Source: Antedon mediterranea
Taxonomy: Eukaryota > Animalia > Echinodermata
Length of the DNA stretch: 64,000 bases
Assembly: GCF_964355755.1 (NCBI RefSeq)
Contig: NC_092678.1
Location: forward strand, 23,577,365-23,641,364
Direction of reading: 5' to 3'
Each line of letters opens with the position of its first letter. Positions within the stretch are counted from its first letter, which is position 1. This document shows, one piece after another, positions 39,002-50,049 of the stretch. The translations under genes and the position numbers were made by a program. The notes beneath the pieces were generated by a model. It worked only from the letters and a program-made list of their open reading frames with translations. It ran no database searches and had not been told where the DNA came from.

Positions 39002-39795
39002 CAGGCAACTCATATTTGGAGGCACTTTGAGGGTCCCAAATTGGTGTTTCTACTGTAGTCTGTAACTACAGATATTATTTCAATACCGAAATTGAGTTTC
39101 CATTCAAAATGTTGATATCAATGGCAAAACGTAAATGTTAAACAGTTGTAGGCCACCTCAGAACATCCTTGCAAAATGTAGGTAGATACCAGAGTAAATG
39201 GAGTATGACAAGCCTTTCCTGCTGGCGTGTCTAGTGTGGTAGAGAATTCTAGGCAGGCCTTCGTACACCTGGTCTCACATATAACGTTCATTACTCCAGA
39301 ATAAGTTTGATATTACCCAAGCACCAGTGGTGACGTTAGGTCATCGATACATAATATTGACCCGATTATTTTGGCAATTTTCAGAGGTTGTTACGAATTT
39401 TCAAGCAGGTGTAAGCATGCATATAGAATATCCTTTAGTGCGGATATCAGATACGCGTACTGAAATCGTGTAATTCTTATCAACATTTTAACGCGTGGTG
39501 CGTTCTCTTGATGATGTCCACAAATTGGAATGTGCTATGCCTCTTTTTCCATAAATCAATTAATTTGGATAAATCTAAACTTACTAACATTTCCGTTTTT
39601 GAAAATAAGAAAAAAATTTGCGGTTTAAAATACTTTTAAACATCTGTTTGGTTTTCGACATTCCAAAATAGAATGGGTTTGCTAAAAATAAGTTTTATAG
39701 GTATTAAGGATCCTATTAAAAAATGTTTTGTAGTTTATTTCACAAAAATTAAAAACCACAAACAAAGAAAATTTATTTTGTGAACTAGTGTGTAA

Positions 39796-39955
39796 AGCTC
39801 TGTAGGCCTACTGTCTACACTATCAAACTTTATGTGACAAAATGTGACGTGCCCATATATGGGCAAGATGATGTCATATCATTACCATATTTGGGCATAT
39901 CACTACCATATTTGGGCACATCACACTTTTTTGTTTTGATAGTGTAGACAGTGCT
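39796..39955 (+). mobile_element. MITE family A
   Basis: AGCTCTG..TCTACACTATCAAAC / TTTGATAGTGTAGACAGTGCT with an internal ATCACTACCATATTTGGGCA duplication. The left TIR carries an 11-nt insertion containing TAGGCCTA. Confidence 0.85.
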
Positions 39956-40237
39956 TTAGTCCTATGGCTTCAGATAGACGTGGGTTGAAGTACTACAACA
40001 TAAACCAATCGCTGTTATTTCGATTGCAATATATAATTTCCACGTTCGTCGCTGAGGTGTTGAAATAGTCTATTCTTACACATTGTGTGTCAGATATGTC
40101 AAATTTAATTTCAAACTAATAACTCGTACATGTTTGTACTCGTTTTAAAGAGAAAAGAACAAGGTTTGGGGAATAATTCATTCGACTTTTTTTTCTAGTT
40201 GCGTCAATCACAATATGTCTGTAATAGAAAGAAATTT

Positions 40238-40530
40238 GTATGGGCAGCCGTCAATGCCAAACTATATATGAGGGTATGGGCACCCGTAACAAATACAAGT
40301 TTTATGGGTAAACATTAGGAGTGAACTATACATGACATTATGTTTATGTTTAACAATAATTAGGGCCAAACTATACATGAGAGAGTACATGAGCAGCAAT
40401 TAAGGCGAATTATACAGGAGAGTATGGGCAGCAACTAAGGCCAAAATATACAGAACAGTTATATGAGTAATCATTAGTGCTACATTATAGGCCTACACAG
40501 GGCACTATGGGCAGCAATTAGGGACAAAAT
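40238..40530. repeat. degenerate ~38-40-bp tandem repeat
   Basis: Recurring GCCAAACTATA.A.GAG.GTATGGGCAGCAA.TA.GG. Confidence 0.6.
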
Positions 40531-43500
40531 AAGAAAACTGACATATAAAAAAACTACATATAACATATTGACACATACAAACCAACACTGTATATAGGCC
40601 TAATACCTAATCGTATAAAAATCGGAAATTGGCATTATTTCAGTAAATCCAACTATAGAATTATACACTGGGCCTCACAGCCAAGTCAGGCCCTTTTAAT
40701 TTCTTTTGTCCTAACTGACTGTTGACTCACAACTCTTAATAACAGAAAACATACGACTTTAGAGGACTCGAAAAATTGGACTTTGCTTACGTCATCACTT
40801 ACGCGCAACACAGTGTTTCATGATAAATATTTCCCAAAAAAAATAGTAAAGAAGACTTATAAAGATAACAAACAAGACTGGTGATGAAAATAGTAATAAT
40901 GTATTTTGTCAATGGAAGAAAAAAATGTTGGGACTTACTAACGTTCGGTTTAGCATATGAAATACTGTGTTTGTAACCGTATGTTTATTGAAGGTATCAC
41001 TATCAATTGGTTAAAAAAATGTCAGACAGCGAAAATCCTTCCAATTTGTATCCATAAAATACACAATATAATATTTTACTTGGCTATAATAAAACATAAT
41101 ACGCGGCGGTACATGTGAGCCGCCGCCATTATTATAATATTATCAGCCGTTTGAATCTGTAATGTGTGTCCATAACATTTTAATGCTTTTATCTTTACAC
41201 AATTATCTTGTAGGCTAGATTCTAATATTATCTTTAAAAGTTTTGATGGTTGTATGCGTTGAGTCCATTAGAAGGGGAGATGCGTTTCTCTCATGGGCTC
41301 TCACGGCTAACACTTTAAACAATGCGAGTTGTAGATTTCATTACTATAATCTGTGGGCCCAGCGCATTACATAAACCGTGATATCACAATTAGCATCAGG
41401 AGGCCTACATTTTGGTTGAGTTGCATACTAAAAACAATACTATGGAAACATCAGATAATACGAGGCTTGTAATTAGGTATTGTGTAAGCCTAGTACTGTA
41501 TGTATGTTGTTGTACACATCTCAATAACAACATTTTACAAATGTAATCAAATACTAAACAAATCACTGTGAAATAGGAACCTTTAAACGGTACAAGAAAA
41601 TATTAAAAGGTAATAATTACTTCTGTTAACATGTCTATTCCCAGTGTAAAACATAAATACATTATTATTACAGGATTATACGGTATATGTTTATTCGTAT
41701 GATGAAGTGATAAAGAGACATGTTGATGATAAATTTGGACAAATCTTTTAGATTTGACATTAATTTTTAGAAATTAGTCATGATTTTACAAACACGCACT
41801 CTTTAAGCTGTCTCTATCTAATGTTATGCACATTTTATATCTAATTGTTAAAAATATTAAATATTGGTCAAAACGATTAATAATAAGAATACGGTTAATA
41901 TCACACAAAGGTTGTCAAAATATCGCGATTTTGTTTTTAAAAGCCGCTTTGCATTAGTTTGGACTGTTATAACACAATATGATTCGTTTACATGAATAAG
42001 TGACACCTTCACTTGTAATGTACTTGTGATAACAACATACATGAAGTTTATAATAGGGATCTGTAACTCGTAAAGGAGTTAGTAGAGGGTTATAAATTAA
42101 TCGTACATCCCTTTAAGTTAGCGGTATATACGGATTTTTTAGCTATTTTTATAAGGTGAATTTTTAGGCAGGCTAAGGATAATAATATTTTAAAACAACA
42201 TGTTGTATAATATTATTCTGAAATGGGGAATTTCCCATAGCGTAACTACTTGTCATTAAATGCCTTTAAATTAGAAGCTTTTAAAGTTTTAGAAACCTAA
42301 TATGCATTTTAGTTTAAGAACTCCATGGTTCTGTATTTTGTTCCGTATTGCGGTTTTCGTTTTAAATTCGGTCATTCAGCGAAAGAAAAAAATTGTATCC
42401 ACAGCCTCATACAGGATGTGAAATTAATCTATCGTCTCTGAGGGATTCGTTGCTTAATTGTAACCGGGGCAACAGTTGCTTGATTGACTTACTCTACAGA
42501 AATTCGATTAATCAAAAAATATTCATATTATGAGGGCGCACTGCTGTTAAATAATTTGAGCAGAGATATTTTTACTACATTGTAGTATAGTATTTTAAAG
42601 TCAAACACAAGTAAAGCAAATGCTGTTATTCATTTGGTAGCTGTGGCTCAGTTCGTTGATGAATCTATGATATTTTCTGATTTAAATAGAATTTTATACA
42701 AATATATCATGTTTATTTACATTGCTTTGGTGGCAGAAACCATGTGTTATATGTAGTAACATCTTATACATTCATTTTATGTACACAATATGATATCATA
42801 ATATGTAGCAAATTGTTTATGCGTTGTATCTGGAGAAACCAAATAAGCTCAAATAGCTTTAACCCTGGTTCCATCAGGAAGAACATTTTTGTTGCATCTA
42901 TAGGTTTGGTAAAATAATATGTTGTGATGAGAGAGTGGGTTGTATATTGTGGTAATACCTACACACACCACAGTAAAAGTTACGACGTACGCCCAAACTA
43001 AGCCTCGTGGAGAATTTAATATTACTCAACCAGTGCCACCCTAGTTTATCGAAACAAACCTTTATATTCCTATTCATAAAGAAGTATAAAAGTAAATATC
43101 ATGTACTTATTATATAATAAAATTTAATTATCTATGGAACCTATTTAATGGGTAAGTAAAGCAACACTAAGGCTTTACTTGTTCTCGAGAAATATATTTC
43201 CCTCAGCTAGCTCTTCGGGGATGTCAAATCTTATATATAACATCTAAGCAGGCAATATCTGTATAATATATATATGACTTGGGTAAGCTAGAATAGGCAT
43301 ATGTGTTTTATATTGGCATAACAGCATAGTTATCAGTAATGGAAACTACCTCATGACATAAATATATTGCACTCCCTCTACACAAATATATTCTTATCCG
43401 AAAATGGTTCATCCTGTATCTGAAGTCACTTAGATATATATGAAGTCCGCCCTCTAGTGTGTCAGTTTCTGATAACTTTTCTAATATAATTCACAAACCT

Positions 43501-43678
43501 GAATAACGATAACAGCTTAGTATTATCTGTTTTCTAAGTTTATACCAAGCAAACGTACAACATAAACTAATACCACTGACTACTAAAGTAACGTCCACCA
43601 TCAGAGGCAACCACCAACAAACGCTACCACCACCAACATACGGTACGATGCGACACTATGATAATCGTCTACAGCAAC

Positions 43679-43720
43679 ACCCGTGAGGACGATCAAAGCA
43701 TATTGATCGAAACGTCGAGA
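43679..43720 (+). ncRNA. degenerate minimal hammerhead-ribozyme-like motif (Penelope-type remnant)
   Basis: (G)TGAGGA-C-GATCAA-loop-TTGATC-GAAA-CG-TC. The core CUGA is mutated to GUGA and stem I is weak. Confidence 0.35.
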
Positions 43721-43784
43721 ATTCAACAGTTCTTTTTCAAAAACTAATACACGTGGTGTACCGCAAACTTTATTTCAACATTAA

Positions 43785-44604
43785 AGACAACAGAAACAAC
43801 GAACAGAAGCAATCACCATCAACAGAAACAACCACATAACCAACATAAGCAACCACAACCAATATAAGCAACCACAGAAGCAACCACAACCAACAGAATC
43901 AACAACCACCAACAGCAGAAGCAAGAACCGTCAACAGAAGCAACCACAACTAACAAAAGCAACCACAACTAACAGACAACCACACTTCCAACAGAAGCAA
44001 CCACAACCAACAAGCAACCACCATCAACAAAAGCAACCACAACTAACAGAAGCTACCACCATCAACAGAAGCAACCACAACCAACAGAAGCAACAACCAC
44101 CAACAAAAGCAACCACAACTTACAGACAACCACACTTCCAACAGAAGCAACCACAACCAACAAGCAACCACAACTAACAAAACCAACCACAACTAACAGA
44201 CAACCACACTTCCAACAGAAGCAACCACTACCAACAAGCAACCACCATCAACAAAAGCAACCACAACTAACAGACAACCCCACTTCCAACAGAAGCAACC
44301 ACAACCAACGGAAGCAAAAACCACCAACAAAAGCAACCACAACTAACAGGCAACCACACTTCCAACAGAAGCAACCACAACCAACAAGCAACCACCATCA
44401 ACAAAAGCAACCACAACTAACAGCCAACCACACTTCCAACAGAAGCAACCACAACCAACAAGCAACCACCATCAACAAAAGCAACCACAACTCACAGAAG
44501 CTACCACCATCAACAGAAGCAACCACACAGCCAACAGAAGCAACGACCATCAACAGAGGCAACCGCCATAAACAACAGAAGCAACAATAACCAACCGAAG
44601 CAAC
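43785..44604. repeat. CA-rich ~19-bp-based minisatellite with higher-order units
   Basis: Variants of AACAGAAGCAACCACAACC. The array resumes briefly after 46160. Confidence 0.92.
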
Positions 44605-46159
44605 CAGTGGTGGCGCCAGCGGGGGGGGGGGGGGGGCTACGGGGGCTCCCCCGTCGGGGAACACGGGTACTTTTTGTCGGGGAATATAACATACAGTAAA
44701 AAAAATTCACGTTCACTTCATATAGCTTGAGCGCCTAGAAAACCACGACGTTCCATTGACCGTGAGAGTACGTCAGAGGGCTATTATGCACTTTTATGCA
44801 TTCGTTATTGCCAGAGATCTAACTACTAAACAATAGCTAGTACGCACTTGTTTGGCGGTATCCCTTTGTACGAATCGTTCACCGTTGGGTCGAGACGCGT
44901 GATATCATGTTCCATCCAGGGACCAAAATGTGTAATGTAGTTATTTTCCAGGCGAAGTTTACCGACGGTTCGGGTAATTTTTGTCGGGGAATATAATTCG
45001 TTCGCGTTCACTTCGTAGCTTCGGCGCCTAGAAAACCTCGACGTTTCATTGACCGTGAGAGTACGTCAGAGTGATATTATGCACTTTATATGCATTCATT
45101 ATTGCCAGCGATCTAACTTACTACTAAACAATAGCTATAGGTACGCACTTGTCTGGCGGTATCCCGTTGTACGAATCGTTCAACGTTGGGTCGTGATGTC
45201 ATGTTCCATCCAGGGACCAAAATGTGTACTGTAGTTATTTTCCAGGCGAAGTTTACCGACGATTACGTCGTGTACTGTGTCGACGTGCGCTACACTACAG
45301 CAAAAACGAATTATGTTAATTGTTCGTATGTTCACCAATTTTTTAATTTACAAGTAACCTTCTGTACCGTGGGGCACCTAAAATAAATATTTCATCCATT
45401 ACTAAACAAAAAAACATGCCATTTTCGCTTAGCCAACATCTTATTATAGCTAAGTTATTACATTTTCAATGTCCTGATGTCATGAATTTCTCACCACTCG
45501 GAAGTCCAGATGGTACGCAGGCATACACTTGGGAGGAATAAACTTATTTCCCCGACTGAAAAAGGTCTACGCTTGCGTTTTTTAAGCCTCTGGGCCTGAT
45601 GTTTCCAAAGTATAAAATGCAATTTTTTGAAGACCTGCAGCTCTAGTTTTAAACATTTTCTTAGCTCAGCCCCAACAATAAAGCTGGTCATATTTCGAAG
45701 TACAAGAAGTGCATTTTCCGGGACCTAACATCTCTATTTTTCAAACACTTCTTAGCTCAGTCACAACCATGATAGGGACTTATATTTTGTTTCATGTTTT
45801 GAAGTATAATAAGTCCAATTTCCAGGACCTCCAACTCTATTTTTCTAAATTTTCTTTGAACTTTTATTTTTTAAATTGAAAAATATGGATTGAAACAGTC
45901 ATCGCGCATCGTTTTTTTGCACGCAGTATTTTATTTATGCATTATAAAAAATGGAAAAAATGGCTACCCTAAATCTGATTAAAATGACCTCAAATGACGC
46001 TAGAACGCGTTGCTTCCGGGGGCTTCGCCCCCTGGACCCCCACCGGGGGCCCTTGGCGGCCCCCTGGCCCCCCCAGCCTTGTGATGCTCGCTTCGCTCGC
46101 ATAGCCCCCTCGTCGGGGAATGTAGCCCCCGCGTCGGGAAGATCCTGGCGCCACCCCTG
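44605..46159. mobile_element. non-autonomous hAT-superfamily DNA transposon, 1555 bp
   Basis: 15-bp TIRs CAGTGGTGGCGCCAG / CTGGCGCCACCCCTG (1 mismatch) and a perfect 8-bp TSD GAAGCAAC (44597-44604, 46160-46167). GC-rich subtermini; no transposase ORF. Confidence 0.9.
44664..45261. repeat. internal ~300-bp tandem duplication within the hAT element
   Basis: 44664-44967 and 44971-45261 both run CGGGTA.TTTTTGTCGGGGAATATAA ... TTCCAGGCGAAGTTTACCGACG. Confidence 0.9.
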
Positions 46160-46874
46160 GAAGCAACCATAACCAACTTATAAGCAAGGCACCATCGTTA
46201 ACAACATAAGTCAAAACATAATTATTCAAAGCTAAAGAATCTTGATCGTTTTTTAACTGTATTTCGTCAATTCTCACTTGAAGCATAATTACATAGCTTC
46301 CTTCCAGTTCTCAGACGCGCAGTGAGGTTACGTAAATATTTTTGAATCTGGTTTTGGAAAGCACGTTCGTGCCTACAAATAATATTGTTCTTTCTTAGGC
46401 AACATATTTTGACAAACAGCGGTGGTACTTAGCATTCCCAGTGGCTAAAACAGTAACTGTTGCGACGCACAATTGATAGCTAGGCCTATGTTACATGTGT
46501 TCAAACATAGGTATGTACCTTTAGATGTAACTCTAGTAATATGATAAACTACGGTACCCCAAGCGAAAACAATTTCGAATATATCTCACACATGAAAACA
46601 TCCGAAAATTTAAAGATGAATTCTCGTTCAGTACCGTACTATTTAAAAACTAATGCAGGCCACCCATACAGTATCAATGTACTGCTGTTAAACGACCCGT
46701 GAAAGTAGTACCTATCATAGAGTAATTACTCCATGGTAGACTAGTACCGGATAAGACTAAATACGGAACAGCAAATGACGACAAATTGGACAATTTGGAC
46801 ACTGGGGAAATGTGGAAAATCGTAGTAAAAATAAGTACTGAATTTAATTATAACTGATAAAGTTAACTTCGTGG

Positions 46875-46997
46875 ACGCGACGACGTATGCATGCGCAACA
46901 CAATTGAGTTGACCATTTACAATTTACTTGTTTGTTTGTCATTGTTGATTGCGTTGCGCTTTCGTCCTTGTGTTGCGTTCTAATGAGAATCAAGCTT
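46875..46997 (+). mobile_element. old diverged relative of MITE family B
   Basis: TTGCGTTGCGCTTTCGTCCTTGTGTTGCGTTCTAATGAGAATCAAGCTT resembles the family-B right arm. Confidence 0.5.
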
Positions 46998-47467
46998 TGG
47001 TCGTCGAACGGGAACCAGAAAACATAAAAGTTTGTAACTGATTTAAATGCAGCGTACTGTTTGGTAGGACTGGTTTAGAAAACAGCAAAAGGAAAGTGAA
47101 CTTTACATTGAGGTCTTGGAGATGAACACCTGCTTAACAAATTCACTTATGACTCAAAATAATTAATACACATTGTGTCAACAATGGTTTCACTTTTCGC
47201 AGCGTGATTTCTTTCTAACAATATCAGACCTACAGTAGAAAATGATATATCCTTAATTATTGTCTGTTATTATATAGCGTTCACGTTTGTTCGCTTTACT
47301 CTATACCCTTTTACCATTCGCCCTAAATTTTCACTCTGCTATCTTCCCATCATGTTCTCTTATTCATGTCAAAACCGGGTTTAAATTATACTTTCCGTTA
47401 ATTGGATATTGTTATTTGTATTATTTTGGACAAGGTTTCTCGGTAATCGATCATCAAAGGCAGTTAA

Positions 47468-47630
47468 AGCTTGGTTCCCACTCGGGCGTAATGCAGCGAC
47501 GTAAACGCAACGTAACCAATTTAACCAATCACAAGGGATGGATTATCCATTCTGTTGCTTGTGATTGGTCAACTCGCTTCTTGCGTTGCGATTACGCCTT
47601 TGCGTTGTGTCCAAAAGTGGGAACCAAGCT
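47468..47630. mobile_element. MITE, family-B-related subfamily
   Basis: AGCTTGGTTCCCACT / AGTGGGAACCAAGCT TIRs, an inner AACCAATCACAAG..CTTGTGATTGGT palindrome, and TAA/TTA flanks. Confidence 0.85.
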
Positions 47631-48586
47631 TTAACAGGTAAATGTGTTAAGATGTGATCAAATATCTGATCTCAGATTGCTATCTAAGAATCGACGTGCA
47701 CTGTGAATACTGAGATTTAATAGTGTATCAGATACGAGCGACCCTGGTTGTGAATCGAAGCACAGGTTAGCCACATCGCAATGGTGATAGGAATGCTACG
47801 CCTTAGGCCCTGATTAATGAGCTATCACGACGGGCTACTGACGCCCGATTAAAACTGATCTGCGCCGAGCCAGCTTCAACAACACTTTGCCTATATCCAG
47901 CAACAGGGTGGGAGGTACACAGAAGAATCATAAGGGATGAAATATTGCTAATTTGTCTTATATTCTTTGAGGATTTACCGCCGATGGCGAAGGGTTTAAG
48001 TGACGGACACAAATTCAATAAACAACGCTGACATGACATTTAAAATGCAATAATAATGACGAATATAGTTTGTCATTTATACCGAGATGTCACTTTTGAC
48101 GCGCTCGTTCAAAAGTTGATGATATACCCACTCGCGTCAACTTTGTGTTACATTTCATTCGTTTTATATATTTTGTTTTGTACCTTGTATATAGATAATG
48201 CGTAGGTCACTCATGTCGTAAGAAGACGACACAATCCACTCGGGTCACTGACGTCATCACGGGTATCATTTTGAAATTAGGACAATCGGTGCGTGCATTG
48301 CATTTAATTTGGAAATTACAACGATTTGAGCATGCGCTTTGTGACGTACATGAGAAAGTTTCGCAAACACTATGACGCCGGAAACATTCCTAATTTAAGT
48401 TCACCTGTCTACACTTGGCCAGCCGTTCCAAAATACACAGAAATTTAATATTTGTAACATGTAAATCCAAGTCAATTTTTATGATATAATTATTATGTGG
48501 CGAGTGATTATCGAATGGAGTTTTTTTCGTTAGCAACATAACAACGTGCACCACTGTACTGTAGTACATAGGCCTATAGTTGTTTA

Positions 48587-48765
48587 AGCGTGGTTCCCAC
48601 TAGCGACGCAACACAAGGACGTAACGCAACGCAAGTGAATTGACCAATCACAAGCGATGGCTTATTCGCTTGTGATTGCTAACTGTCTATAACTTCGCTT
48701 GTCATTGGTTAAAACGCTTGCGTTGCGTTTACGTCCTTGCGTTACGTTCTAGTGGGAACCAAGCC
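48587..48765 (+). mobile_element. MITE family B, 179 bp
   Basis: Near-identical to 19273-19451, with a TTA TSD on both sides. Confidence 0.92.
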
Positions 48766-49905
48766 TTAAGGCTTATGTTACGTAACATTTTCAATGTGAC
48801 ACCACGAGCAATTTCGCGTTCAAATTTTGATGATAATGACGCGATGGCTTTTACACGCTTCGCGTGCTTTTCGTGTCTCTTCACTGGCTGAGAGTTTGAC
48901 ACGACGCTAGTTTCACTCAAAAGTAACTATAGAAAATAGTATTAAATATTGCTTACTGTAATATAGATTCTCCAGTTGATCTAGTTTATCAGACGTTAAA
49001 TAGGTATTGTGTAGTACGATGGCATTTTGGATAGGGAAGTTTAGTTGTCACCTTGACAATATTGGTTGCGTTATCAAGATGACGTATTGCAACTTGTCGC
49101 GCTTATCACCACTTAGCATAACATTAGGGGTTTCCCCTCTTGTTATGATTTGTTACGAAATACGCACATTCAAAACGACAATTGTTAATTTATATTATAT
49201 TTATAAATAGAATATGTTGCGTTTTGTGTGTCTTTCTGCCTATTCCGATATTATAAAGACATAGTAAGTAATACAGTTAATTTAAATATTTTGAATCTCT
49301 TTCTTTCCAAAGGTTTATTTAATGACAAATATGGAACGTGAAAAACACGCATAGAATAGGCTAAGGGAAATGGAAATTGATTTTCCGTGGTGGTCGCAGT
49401 AAAATAATTATCGTAAAGACATTCCAGTAGGGAAGATTTTAGCACGGTCTATTAATTTGTCGTTCTACTTGATCAACTTATCAATTAACTGTTAATCGAG
49501 TATTATAAATGGAGAAACACGATATTAACGTGAAGGCAAGTTGATTGGACCACCCTCCCAATCACACAACCAGAGGATTACATAAGAATCAAACAACACG
49601 TTTTCCTATATGCTTAAATGTTTTTACAGTTATTTTATTTTAAATGCAAGGCGCCCTCACTTTATGATTCCAATTGGTAATGTAGCTTAAATTTAAATTG
49701 TTCTTTAAAGTAATTTCAAAAAAGATTTTTCGAATATTGATTATGGCATTCACACACCAAGATATGAATTACGTCACGCTGAACGTAAAATTGAAAGTAA
49801 TTAAAAGGTCTCAAGTTTCTAAAGTAACAGATAAACGTGAGTTCTGTCGTCACAGGGCTCAATTCACCAACGGTCCTTTAACTTAAGACTGGTTTGTTTT
49901 TGTAA

Positions 49906-50049
49906 AGCTTTGTCAACACTATCAAACTAGTTTAAGAAAAAGTGTGATGTGCCCAGTTGTGATATACTAAAATATGGTAGTGATATGACATCGTGTCCGT
50001 GCACATCACATTTTTTTACCACATAAAGTTTGATAGTGTAAACAGAGCT
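49906..50049 (-). mobile_element. MITE family A, inverted
   Basis: AGCTTTGTCAACACTATCAAAC / GTTTGATAGTGTAAACAGAGCT with a TAA TSD on both sides. Confidence 0.82.

Noticed and set aside
43785-44604. Thr-rich mucin-like coding exon
   Set aside because: The base unit is ~19 bp (not a multiple of 3) with many indels and TAA stops, I see no flanking splice sites, and a hAT element interrupts it.
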